A stretch of DNA of 64,000 nucleotides from Octopus bimaculoides (lineage: Eukaryota). The position numbers and the translations under genes were made by a program. Location of the stretch: the NCBI RefSeq assembly GCF_001194135.2, contig NC_068982.1, positions 145,283,268 through 145,347,267 of the forward strand, read 5' to 3'. Positions 1 to 12,827 of the stretch are shown piece after piece. Every line of letters starts with the position of its first letter. The first letter of the stretch is position 1. A model generated the notes under the pieces. It saw only the letters and a list, made by a program, of their open reading frames with translations. It was not told where the DNA came from and did not search any database.

Positions 1-1214
1 TATATATTTGTAAATATATACCTATATTTATATTATTGTGTTTTTACATATTTAAATAAATGTATTCATATATGTAAATGCATATATTTCCATACTCCCA
101 TTCATATACACACATACACACTCACTCAGATACATGCATATATATATATATATATATATTCCTTTCTTGCATATGTTTTTCTTTTTATATCCTTCATTTT
201 CCTCTTCCTTCTAAATTACTTTATCTTTCAAACAGAATTCCACCTCCAGCTTTGGAAAGAATCTCAAGGGTCAAAACAGAATTATACCATTTTAAGCCAT
301 TGTTCAACTCCCAACCTACACACACATACAGATAGGCACTCATATATGTATACAAGTATATATTAAAGAAGATTACAGAGCTAAAGTTTCTTTCCCTTTT
401 TGACCCTAGTGAACATTTCGGAGAGCTCATAATGGAAATATGTGTAAAAGGTGAAAAAATGTGACAAACGACTGACAAGAAGGACGAAGAAAAATAGAAA
501 AAGATAGAAGAGAACTGAAGAAAGAAGTGATAGATGTGTTTGAGAAAAAGAATCGCTGTATCTCAAAATTCTATCCTAGGCTTCCATTTTCATTTTTTTT
601 CGTTCTTTCTTTCTACGCACGTTCTTTCTTTGGCTTCTAGTATTTGTGCTTTACTTTATAAAAGGGAACACAACGAGTGACATGCAATTATACGTTCGCA
701 AGATATTGTTCCATAAAGAAATATATTTAACTTTATTTCCAGAAGGGGTTAGTACATGGCTGATTTATTGTGTGAAACCTTAATCCTTCTTAAAGTCACA
801 CAATTGGACATGTATGAAGTAGCTTTTATTATTGTATGTTTCAGTACTTATGCACTTCAAACATGCACCGAATAAACGACTCAATACAGTTAGTAGAATC
901 AAAATAGTAATTATAAAGAAATCATTACTAACATTTACTTTGAAATATCGTCTGGAAAATAGGAATTACAAAAGTAAAATAAATTGTGGAGGTACAGAAG
1001 TAAATATAAAGGAGAGCAAGGCAGTAAAGGAAATAATTAACTTGTTCTTAGTCATCCTTGCAGTAACTATTCTATTTTTATTTTACTGTTAAAATGAATG
1101 TCATTTAAAGAAACAAATAATAACAATGTTGTATCTCAGAGTTTTGCATTTAGTTTTATGAGAATTACATACACTTTCATATATACTGATTGCATACATA
1201 CATACATACATACG

Positions 1215-1264
<50 letters not shown>

Positions 1265-2079
1265 NNNNNNNNNNNNNNNNNNNNNNNNNNNNNNNNNNNN
1301 NNNNNNNNNNNNNNNNNNNNNNNNNNNNNNNNNNNNNNNNNNNNNNNNNNNNNNNNNNNNNNNNNNNNNNNNNNNNNNNNNNNNNNNNNNNNNNNNNNNN
1401 NNNNNNNNNNNNNNNNNNNNNNNNNNNNNNNNNNNNNNNNNNNNNNNNNNNNNNNNNNNNNNNNNNNNNNNNNNNNNNNNNNNNNNNNNNNNNNNNNNNN
1501 NNNNNNNNNNNNNNNNNNNNNNNNNNNNNNNNNNNNNNNNNNNNNNNNNNNNNNNNNNNNNNNNNNNNNNNNNNNNNNNNNNNNNNNNNNNNNNNNNNNN
1601 NNNNNNNNNNNNNNNNNNNNNNNNNNNNNNNNNNNNNNNNNNNNNNNNNNNNNNNNNNNNNNNNNNNNNNNNNNNNNNNNNNNNNNNNNNNNNNNNNNNN
1701 NNNNNNNNNNNNNNNNNNNNNNNNNNNNNNNNNNNNNNNNNNNNNNNNNNNNNNNNNNNNNNNNNNNNNNNNNNNNNNNNNNNNNNNNNNNNNNNNNNNN
1801 NNNNNNNNNNNNNNNNNNNNNNNNNNNNNNNNNNNNNNNNNNNNNNNNNNNNNNNNNNNNNNNNNNNNNNNNNNNNNNNNNNNNNNNNNNNNNNNNNNNN
1901 NNNNNNNNNNNNNNNNNNNNNNNNNNNNNNNNNNNNNNNNNNNNNNNNNNNNNNNNNNNNNNNNNNNNNNNNNNNNNNNNNNNNNNNNNNNNNNNNNNNN
2001 NNNNNNNNNNNNNNNNNNNNNNNNNNNNNNNNNNNNNNNNNNNNNNNNNNNNNNNNNNNNNNNNNNNNNNNNNNNNNNN
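1265..2079. other. Assembly gap flanked by (TA)n
   Basis: N-run. Other large gaps are at 4614-4698, 13580-13836, 15244-15740, 26656-27187, 31576-32491, 45570-45807 and 49424-49900, most of them adjoining microsatellites. Confidence 0.99.
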
Positions 2080-2607
2080 ATATATATATATATATATATA
2101 TATATATAACGCTAATAGAGTTAGCGGTTGGAATAAATGTCTAAGGGATAAGAATATCCGCTTTACTACCGGTATAAATTACCTATGTTAACCCTGGGCA
2201 TACATAAGCAAGTATATTGTGCTCATAAGATACAGGCAATAACAAAGATAAACAAGAACTTATCACGAATCAAATTTAAATTAAGCAGAAAATGGACAAA
2301 TCTTGATCAACACAATTGACTACCATATTTGTGTGTGTGTGTGTTCGTGTTCGTGTGTGTGTGTGTGTTCGTGTGTGTTTGAGTGTGTGTGTGTGTATGT
2401 TTGTGTGTGCGCATGTGTGAGTGTTGAAGAAGTGAGAAAGAAGAAAAGATATAAAAATTGACTGATATAGACGACCATTATACATGACTACGAAAGAGAC
2501 GTATCATGTCACGTCAGACATTGCCATGCATGCTATTATATGAAAGTAATAAAATTCAAAGCTCCAAATTGGATGTGGTCAAGTAGCTGTTATCCCCTTT
2601 CATGTAG

Positions 2608-2832
2608 AACAACCAGTGTCAGAAGTTAACCTAAGAAATGAAATGGAAATTAAAAAAGAAGAAAGACCTATTATCCGTTATCTGAACTTGTTACCTGCTA
2701 CAAGTATAACCACCTCTTGGCGTCTATCTGAGTTTACGATAATTTGTATTCCAAATCGCTTTATAATTTTTTTATTGTTAGTCAGGAGAGATGGTAGTCT
2801 CCATGACTCTGTACGGGGATTCTTCGAGACAG
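2608..2832 (+). CDS. Possible internal exon of an unknown gene (unverified)
   Basis: Acceptor ccctttcatgtAG, then a 225-nt open frame (phase 1/1) QPVSEVNLRNEMEIKKEERPIIRYLNLLP...RRDGSLHDSVRGFFET, then donor AG|GTGAGA. No recognisable domain and no partner exons found. Confidence 0.15.
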
Positions 2833-3140
2833 GTGAGAAGCTAGGAGAAGGGAGAACAGGAGAGAAAGAGAGAGAGAAGGAGGGAGGGAGGGAGGGAGAG
2901 AGAGAAAGAAAGAGAGAAAGTGTGTGGGAGAGAGAGGGCTGACAGAGAGGTGGAATGAGAGAAGGAAGGACATCGATAGATAGGCGAAAATGTAGGGTGC
3001 TGTTTACGCTAAAGATCAAGTAATGAAATGGATAACGAAATGTGTGTGTGTACATTTATATACAATCTACATACACACATACAAACACACACACACATAC
3101 ATTAGTAGAGCTGCTGCTTTTAATTCGTAATATACATAAA

Positions 3141-3197
<57 letters not shown>

Positions 3198-3199
3198 CA

Positions 3200-3256
<57 letters not shown>
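3141..3256. repeat. (TATC)n microsatellite
   Basis: Read directly. Confidence 0.95.
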
Positions 3257-3257
<1 letters not shown>

Positions 3258-3314
3258 ATGTATGTATAACAAATGGTAGAGAGGGAAAATGGAATATACA
3301 GGAAACTTTATTGC

Positions 3315-3417
3315 TCACAACGATCGTTTCGACCTATTTTGCATCGATCCCTTGTGGGTGAGATATGTACTGCTGGTTGAGATTCACCCCTCGTTGCAGA
3401 TGCATCTCATCAAGTGA
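3315..3417 (-). ncRNA. Degenerate hammerhead-like motif with extended stem II
   Basis: The minus strand reads UCAC UUGAUGA G...(UGCAUC/GAUGCA and GGGUGA/UCACCC helices)...C GAAA CGAUCGU U GUGA. Stem III is the palindrome ACGAUCGU, stem I is UCAC/GUGA, and the core has a C3U change. Confidence 0.35.
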
Positions 3418-3756
3418 TGTTATAAAGGGTGGACTTCTCGATGACTAAACTCTGTTACGCACAGTTTTAATACAGCAGGATGTTAGTGACAGCGTGTTTT
3501 AGCTGTCAGGCAGAAATGGTGACGGACGGATGCCGTTGCAACTTTATAGAAAAAGACAAGGAATAATTAAGAAAAGTAAGATAATACGAATAAGAAAAAT
3601 AAAACATACAATAAAGTAGAACATTATTTGCGTCAGAACTCACATATAGTTACTTTCGTATCCACGGAAGTTTCTCGTATATTCCTTTTTCTGCTGTTAT
3701 TTGTTATATACTCAACGTACACTGAAGAATATATATATATATATATATATATATAT

Positions 3757-4330
3757 CGGGTGCGGAGAAAAGAAAAGAAAATAACACTGATATCTCGTTT
3801 TAGCAGATATATTTACCAAAATTACATAAAAATATTTTGAAATACTAAAGAGTAAATTTATTCAACAAAATTGCCACTGACTTCAACTACGGTCTCCAGA
3901 CGACTTCGGAATCTCCTGCAAATCTTCTGGAGTGTCTTCTTGTTTATGTTGGTGAATGCTGCCCTAATCTTTGCCCTCATCCTTTGTGTTACAAGGAGTT
4001 TTGTTGGTCTTTCGGTCAACTGTGTCCCACACATAATAATCAAGGCGGTTTCAGTCTGGGGAGTTAGATGGTCAGATGTTAGGGGTGGTGTGGTCGCAGA
4101 ATTTGTCTAACAGCCATGACTGGGCTCCTCTGCTTGTGTGGCATGGTGCACAGTCCTGTTGCCAGACATAGGGTCTTCCAGCAACCACCTTCTTGACCCA
4201 GAGCAGCACTACCACCCCCAGACACTTCATGTAGGCCTCTGTGTTAAGTCTGAGGCCATCACTAGTTATGACTCCAAACACTATGATGCTGACTGGATGT
4301 TTAATTTTTTCAGCACATGTTCTCAGATTG
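3757..4330 (-). mobile_element. Decayed maT-type (DD37D) Tc1/mariner transposase, C-terminal half plus 3' terminal remnant abutting (TA)n
   Basis: The minus strand reads KIKHPVSIIVFGVITSDG..LRLNTEAYMKCLGVVVLLWVKKVVAGRPYVWQQDCAPCHTSRGAQSWLLDKFCDHTTPNI*PSNSPD*NRLDYYVWD. There are 37 residues between the QQD Asp and the LDY Asp. After a frameshift it continues RAKIRAAFTNINKKTLQKICRRFRSRLETVVEVSGNFVE*. It contains stops and a frameshift. Confidence 0.85.
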
Positions 4331-4574
4331 CACTGTCCTCACATTGACTCCCAAACTCTCTTAAATGTTTGTATTGGAGCTTCCGGTGCGAAAGCTAAGC
4401 AGTACAGCTTGTCGTTTTCATATTTTTGGCTGAGTGAATTGCGTAATGGTGCTGTTTTTCTCACAGACGGTGCCCAACTTACCCTACGGTACCGCGTAGT
4501 TGATAAAATGAAAGACAAACAATGCTCATACACGAAATTAATAATATAAAACTGCGACAATTTACCCATTGCCT

Positions 4575-4613
<39 letters not shown>

Positions 4614-4705
4614 NNNNNNNNNNNNNNNNNNNNNNNNNNNNNNNNNNNNNNNNNNNNNNNNNNNNNNNNNNNNNNNNNNNNNNNNNNNNNNNNNNNNNAC
4701 TATCC

Positions 4706-4744
<39 letters not shown>

Positions 4745-5587
4745 GAGAGAGGGGGAGAAAGAGAGAAAGAAAAAGAGAGGAAGAAGTAGAAGGTTAAATA
4801 ATGAAGGCTGAAAGTATGGAGCTGAATAATTCGGAGAAGCGAAAGGAATATAATGTATAATAATCCAGACAGCATTTCACATGTAGTGAATAGTAGAATA
4901 AGCACATTTGTGTACGATATACAATTTCCATGAACATAGATAGAAGCTGATATTTCGGCAACATAAACGCCATAGGGGAAGCTTACAAACAATGAAAAAA
5001 AAAAAAACGAAAAAAAAACAAAACCGAAGAGAGAGAGCACACTAAATTTATGATAATAGGATATATCCTTCGACCAGCCATGATGTCTTTCTGTACGTAG
5101 GTATTATTGACATAAAATGTCCAAGCAGGTTTTCATTCAGAAAATTCTGTCAAAAGCGAATGAGGACTACTTGTGAGGCCTTCAGTTTAAATGATGATTT
5201 ATCTTTCGCACATATGGCTGAAATGCAGCAGTTCGCTTTTCTTCTTTTCATTCACTCCTATGCGGTTATTCTGTAACTAACAATCCTGTCTTCCTTCCTT
5301 TGATATCACGTTTTCTGTTTTCTATGTCTTCGATGCTTCGAGGGCAACAGGTTGTTTTGTTTTCATATCTGTCTCCCCAACTTCGCTATTTGTAAAGTGT
5401 ATCGAATTTTCCATTACAACTCCGAAGAACCTTGAAAGAAGAAAACTCCAGGAAAACTTGTCATTTGTTAAAATATTTAGCTTTCATATATTAAAATATA
5501 TTTTGCCACATTCGAACTAGTATCATGTCCCTTGCGATTTGTGATTTTTTCCATCTAACGATTAAGTCCCTCCTACCCTAATACGCG

Positions 5588-5602
5588 CACACACAGACAC
5601 AC

Positions 5603-5694
<92 letters not shown>
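5588..5694. repeat. (CA)n microsatellite
   Basis: Read directly. Confidence 0.95.
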
Positions 5695-5697
<3 letters not shown>

Positions 5698-6054
5698 AAA
5701 TATATAAATTCAGACTGAGAGGGGGAGCGAGATAGTGACAAAGAAGAAAGAGATAGAAGAAACTGTATTTCAGAGGTGTGTTCTGAATCATACGGTGTAT
5801 AATACGATATAAAGATGAGTGCGATACACGGTCGTAATACAGTGACAGCAAAATCTACAAACACTTATGTATGTATGTGTGTGTGTGTGCGTGTGTGTGT
5901 GTGTGTGTCTTGTTAACTGAAGTTGTTTCCTCATACCAAAAATTTCGTGCGAGTGCAGCAGGTCAACAAGTGTACACAAAGGTCGTTCTAAATTATGGTG
6001 CACATAAACATATCTATAAATACACACACATACACTCGCACACATATACACAAA

Positions 6055-6093
<39 letters not shown>

Positions 6094-6215
6094 AAAGAAA
6101 GGGATAGAGACATATACAATATATACATATATGCATATATATGTACATACGGATATATATATAACTTCATACATATATATACATGCACATATGCAGTGTA
6201 TATATATATATAGTA

Positions 6216-6276
<61 letters not shown>

Positions 6277-7169
6277 GCATACACGCACACATAGATACAC
6301 ACACACACACACACACACACATACACACACACATATATTTATATACGTGTGTGGGTGTGGTGAATATCGCTACTTCATTATATACATGTATGTTTATATG
6401 TTTGCGCATATGTACATGTGTCCACGTATGTATGTATATATATAATCGTCTGCTGGCATGTACGGCCAAACGCAGCTTCTGAAAAACGCAACAATAGAAG
6501 CTTCAAGTTATGATAGAAGGAAGAATATTAGAAAGTGAGATAAAAGATTCAAAACATTTTCTTAGAATGTCTTAAAAGAGAAATTGTTTTAATGGAAAGA
6601 AACTGCGGAATTAATACGACAAGCAGATTTCATTCTCTAGTTAATCGTTAATCTAGGCTTTTGTGGAAGTTCCACTCTTGTACAGTGATTCTATGATTCT
6701 ATTTACGGTTGATTGAAACTGCTTTTAAAGATAAATTCATGAACCATAGAGAACATTTTGCAAAATCTAGCGAAAATATTTCGATGTGTTGTACACTGGA
6801 ATTTTAACCACTTCAGTAGATTAAGCTATAAGATCTAGAATTTGCTGATCAAATAATATGAAGGATTGAACCTCTAGTCTTTCACTTAATAGTATTGTAG
6901 ATATTATCGATTCTTTGACTGGTAACAAAGTTCTAAATTTCGGTATTGGGCGGTGGAGGTTCATGAACATTAATGGCGTGAGTGAAAAATAAATGTGTGT
7001 AACTAGGAGATTATCTCTTGCTTTACAGGAGCATGATCAAGGGCTGAAAGAGAAGATAAATGAATTTGAAGAAAAGAGAAAAAAAAAACAAAACAAAAAC
7101 AAAACAAAACAAAAAAAAACAAAAAAAAACACTGAAGGGAATAGAGAAAGAACACAGAGAGAAAAAGTG

Positions 7170-7235
<66 letters not shown>

Positions 7236-9749
7236 AGGATAAACGCAAAATAAAGGAGTTGATATATAGAATGAGAGATTTGAAAAGATTAATTTTACTA
7301 TTTAGTTCGATGTTGCAGCTGCAAAGGTCATAGTTAAACCATACCCTTACGATCTCTCGTCAACTGGTGAGGTCAATGCAGTTTATGTGCAGACGATCAT
7401 GATCTAAGACAGACAACTAAACTTAGGATGTATATAGTATATGTTATATTCATTCTCATATGCGGCCCAGAAACCTGGATAATTCATGATTGACACCCCT
7501 GTAAGATAGAAATATACCAACAGAGAAGAAATGTCTGGGGAAAATCATACCTATCGAGTGAGAGAGCAGGTGGAACCCTCTGTATGTTCATGAAACTATG
7601 ATTACGTGACAACAATTTTGATACGCTGGTCATATCGTGCAATGTCAGATTATCGCTTGCTAAAACAATCGTTCAACTCCTAGCTGCATGAAGACAAGTG
7701 CTATTTTGTATGCATTTTCTCCATACTTTTAGCAAGAGTGAATGGTCTGTTGGCTACAATTAATGTTTAGGATGATAAAGAATTGGGAAAAGTCTTTTGT
7801 ATATAAGTATGTTAAACTGAAATGTTCGTAAGGTTAGTAGGCAATCAACCAAGATCTTAGTGGCCAAGAATATGGCAACAGTACAGAGAACCACGTCTTA
7901 GTTTACATTAAAGTCGGATGGAAATCGAACATATCCGTGCCTGCATTATCCAATGCAAAATATCTTTGAGGATAGTATAGTGTAAGTTGGAGGAGAGTTC
8001 TTTGTTATTTCTAACAGGTTGAACAACTATGCATAGATTCATAGAAAAAGTGCTTATGTTTCAAAAGCAGATATGATTAAGTCTTTGAGTGGCAACAAGG
8101 ACTTCATTAGCGTATAGTCCTGAGTTTAATTCCTTCGGTGTAGTGAGACACCAGTAATAAAATGGTATCATATACGTAGGAACATCTACTTAGTACTATA
8201 GAACGAGGGGAAAAGAAAACATTAATATATATTCTGAATTAAGTTGATATTTGAAAAATAATGTAATAAATAAATATTTACATAAACATATAATTGTGTA
8301 CCAAATTGTGATATATCTAATAATCTAATTACGCAGTCCACTCTGATGAGATTTTGGTTGACATATTTAATCGAAATATGTACAATTATATAAGGTTAAA
8401 GACTCTGAATCTAAGAATAGTCTCAGGTGTTTTTGGTAATATAAATAAATTAGGAGAAATAAAACGAACTTGAAAGAATGAAAAATGACTTAATGGGACA
8501 CACATTAAATAGCAAATATATCATCGATAAAAGAACATGTAAGTTAATGTAACATAATTACCAATTTCCTTCTCTAATCCTTTGGTGAATTGAAAAAATA
8601 CAGCTCTGAATTTAACAATTAAAGGGACACTTGCTTTAGCTAATGCGCTTTATTAATTGTGTATCTTAAAAAGAACTGATAACTGAACAAAATGGCAATG
8701 AAATCACTCTCAAATAAAATCTTACCGTCTTAAAAATGAAGATATTTGAAAATATGGCCCTTAAACACTATATCTGAAAATGAAGAAATGATCAAAGCTT
8801 AAACGCATTGATCAAAGTCTACAAAGCCAGGCTAGACCTAAGCTAAACCGAAACAATAAAATATGCCACATGAAACAGTTAATGTGTGAATTGGTGTAGC
8901 AGTCTTATCTGAATAACTTCTTATTTTTAAAAAATTAATGGAATCAAACGTGTAAACATGAAAAGCGTATTCAGATAGGTCGCTGAGTTTGGTTTCGATA
9001 TTCTAAACTAGAATTGTATGGCATTCATTGAAGAAGAACCAAGCAATACTAAGTCATCGAATTAATCATTTTCAGTACATTTTAGGAAGTTGCTAATCAT
9101 ATAAGTATGTGCAGTGTAATATTTACACATATATGCAGAGTCAATAGGGGTTACATTACAGAATATACCTTTATCTGTAGTGCATCTATTTGATGTGCTC
9201 ACGGTATAATTTATTTCAATAAAGACTAGTTTACATTTATGTATTCAGAAAAACTCGTCGTATTTACAGTCATGTGTTCTTTGTCTCATTCAGTAACGTC
9301 TGCCGCATGCATAAATCATAGCATGAAACTCAAGCATCTGCTATGTCAAAATATATTTAGTAATGTTGTTCGCCTGTCACATAGAGAAGAGTATTGATTG
9401 ACTGAAATGAAATATTTTCGTTTTCTTTATCTCGTTTGAAAAACAAACAGACTTGATTATGAAAATAAGCAATATAGAGCAAACTGAAGATAAACATAAT
9501 GCAGTATATTACAATAAATATGGTAGTTCATAAGTGAATGTCGGAAATCAATTAATTTATCAGTTCACGCCGGCCACATTTATATAGCAAAACGTATAGA
9601 GATTTTGCACTATTTTTAGCAATTATGCTTATATCCCAAATAATTTTGGATATCTTGCATGACGATATTCGTTTCTGAAACAGCTCAAAAACTCATATAT
9701 ATATATATATATATATATACGCAAACACAAACACACATATATTATTTAA

Positions 9750-9925
9750 AGGACGCAATACATGTCCTTAAGTGCTAATAGTTTCATATGTTGAGAAATA
9801 CCGCGAACATATTCATCAGACACAAACCACAGTTTGTTATATGTGGTTTGTGCCTGATGAATATGTCTGTCGCATTTCTCAACATATGAAACTATTAGTA
9901 GCACTTAAGACATGTATTGTGTCCT
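9750..9925. mobile_element. 176-bp hairpin MITE, AGGAC...GTCCT, flanked by TTAA/TTAT (Kolobok-like)
   Basis: Arm 9750-9831 pairs with 9842-9925 around a 10-nt loop, with a few mismatches and a 3-nt indel. TTAA is at 9746-9749 and TTAT at 9926-9929. Confidence 0.7.
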
Positions 9926-9995
9926 TTATATAATAATATTTATCTCTCACCAGATGGAGCACTTTTTTGTTGTATTTGCTATCACGGAACAGTCC

Positions 9996-10038
<43 letters not shown>

Positions 10039-12448
10039 NNNNNNNNNNTTTTTTCAGGAGGCAGAAATCGAAAACACCGTGTTTATATTAGTTTTCAGTT
10101 AACTTTCAATTTAATAGTCTGTTTGGTTACTGCATTTACCACTTAAATATCTGTGACCTATGCAATATATCTAACGGATTACAGTTACCTTATATAAATA
10201 CTTATATGAACACACCGACGAGCATATGCTTAGTCGATCGACAAACCTTGCACAAACAATATTCAACCGTCTTAATCAGGGAAGTACACATATTACGATA
10301 TTGCTTAATACTAACAAAGAGATGGATTCCCATGGCTAGCATCACTTTGGTCATAGGGTACTCACTTATAATCTAGGGCTAAACAATAGCAATGTTACAT
10401 ATAATGAAACATAAATGAGACAAACGTATTCTTAGAATTCATAAAATCATTATTTTAACTTTGTTTTCTTTAATTTCAATATATTTTTATAAAATGTTAT
10501 CTGAAACATTTCCCCACCTCATACTATTTTACAGTCATATATTTTATAGGATTTTATCTCTGACGTTTTGATAACAAATTATCAATGAAGTGTAAAATAT
10601 TATTTTTTTGATATAAAACAAGGCAAAACAAAACTATTGATTAATTTCTAAAATGTCAGCAAGCCAGATTTAGATTCAAATCCAATTTTAAAAGACATTT
10701 TCAAAAGATGTTTGGCCTTACAACCGCTTAATGAAGGATATATCTTTATCAAAACAAACGTCAACATTCTGCTTTATACGATACATATATAGATAAATGG
10801 AACTACAAAATGGATTTCTTTATGACATAAGGCTGGACTGAAGATATAACAACAATGAAAATGGCCAATGACCCTCTCCCTCCCTAACATTGCTATTATT
10901 AGCTTTAATTCAATTCTCCAAATACAAAGGAAGATAAGTCAGTTAATGATGTTCAGTAACCTTTGTTAATAGTTGCTAGAATTGTTTACCAATTGTATTG
11001 TTCGATTAGACAGGGAAAGAAGAGTTGATTTATGTGCCATAAAAACAATGGAGCTGTCACAATGATAATTCGTAATTTTCTTTAAGCAAGATGAAATACT
11101 TGGGGATAACGATGGTGATAAAGTGAATTAATATAATTTCTAGAACCGTATTTTGAAGAAATTTTAAAGAATTGATTTACTTATTTTGAAAAATGTCTAA
11201 GGATCTATCTTGTCTTTTACTGAAATGCAAAGTGATACGGTAATTGGACCAGAAAAATTGGTTATCAGAAATTTAATGGTTCAGTGCCAATTCAATGATG
11301 TGTTTTAAAGAAATTCTAGACATACGCATCACTTAGATGATACTATTTCCATAGAATAATTAAAACTAAAACTAATGTGGGTTTTCTGAATAAAAGCCCA
11401 TATTCTCTTATTTTCATTGTTATCGCCTAAACAAGTTTTGTAAGCTGGCTTAGTAGAGCATCAGAGTAAATGTTTTGTTGTACTTGGTCTCATTTCTTCA
11501 CAGTCTTTGAAATTTAAGATCCTAATATTACTTTACGGAGATCACTTGAATACGCGATTCTCTACTTCTATAAAAGTGTACTTTAAAGTTGATATTCTGC
11601 ACCCGCTTGTTTGCAACCTGTTGCTGGCACATATTTGTATTCAATGACCCAGTCTTTATAGCCTTTCCTAGCACCATCGACCAAACTATGAACAAATACA
11701 GCACAATTGTTTTATTCGACAGTAGATAATGTTTGCGAATACAAAATTCACGAGAAATATTCTAGTTTGCAGCTCTGATTTGATCACTCATTCTAAATTT
11801 TCAAAAGAAAAAAAAAATCAGTATAGTAGCTTAATGTATGATTCTCTCTTCTACTCGAATCTACAGAAAGAAACTAGAGATAAGTAACTATCCGGTAGAC
11901 CTCGGACATTCTCGTAGATGAGGAAAATCAGTTGAAATAATACAACATCTGGATAAATATCTTACATTCTGTCCTGAGTGGCTGAAGCAGCTGAAGACTG
12001 AACTGAAAATCAGCATCTACCTCCCTAACTCTGCTGTCTACTTTGTTTTTCTTCTGTTAGTGGACGCAAAGAGGCTGTATTGTGACGAGGGTTTTCTTTA
12101 CAAGTACATAGTTTCCAGTACTATCCCACAGTTTGACATCTCGGGCAGGCGCCATCTTAGCCCGATCGAATTTGGTTGTAGATGAAAACTATGTCAGTCC
12201 TCTGGAAAGGCTGCTCTGTTCTGCTGAAGCAATCGTTCCTGTTCTCAGATTTCTCGTTCAGAGTTAACGTCTTTTCCCCCAACCAGTCACTGCGGTACGG
12301 AGAGCGGTTCAAACATGGTGCTATTTCTCCTTTAACAAAGGCTTTAGAGCAAATTATAGATTCAATTGATAAAATGTTTCTCTATAAACCGCGTAATTTT
12401 GTGTTTATGTTGTTGTTTTTGTTTTTATTCTACGTATAGTTAGATTGT

Positions 12449-12598
12449 AAAACGAAATACTTGGCGGCATTTGCTCCACTTTCTTATGTTGTTAGCTTAA
12501 ATACCATAGATATCAACTTTTCCTTTTATCCTTCCGCCGTCGATAAAATGAAGTATTGGTAAAGTACTGCGACTGATCGTATCAGCTAATCCCCTCTC
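12449..12598 (+). mobile_element. Family A SINE, highly degenerate
   Basis: Residual similarity (gaaatacttggcggcatt...ttttccttttatccttcc...gtcgataaaatgaagta) to the 40981 copy. Confidence 0.55.
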
Positions 12599-12616
12599 TC
12601 GAATATTATTATTATT

Positions 12617-12789
12617 CGAGCAGGCAGAATCCTTAGCACGTCGGACAAAATGCTTTGTGGCATTTCGTCCGTCTTTACATTCTGATTTCAAATCCCGCCG
12701 AGGCTAACTTTGCCTTTCATCCATTCGGGGTTGATGTAATCAACTTTCCCCACCCCCGAAATTCCTGGCCTTGTACCAAAGTTTGAAAA

Positions 12790-12790
<1 letters not shown>
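12617..12790 (+). mobile_element. Family A SINE with internal deletion, followed by (ATT)n
   Basis: gcagaatccttagcacg...ttcaaatcccgccgagg...actttgcctttcatcc...ggccttgtaccaaagtttgaaa. Confidence 0.85.

Positions 12791-12827
<37 letters not shown>

Noticed and set aside
5040-5470. Non-repetitive segment with a minus-strand acceptor-like site and a short frame (FFGVVMENSIHF...ASKT*)
   Set aside because: No recognisable homology or linked exons, so it cannot be supported from sequence alone.
8343-8385. CUGAUGA-GAUU...AAUC-GAAA hammerhead-like core
   Set aside because: The core and stem II base fit, but stem III is weak and no stem I can be formed.
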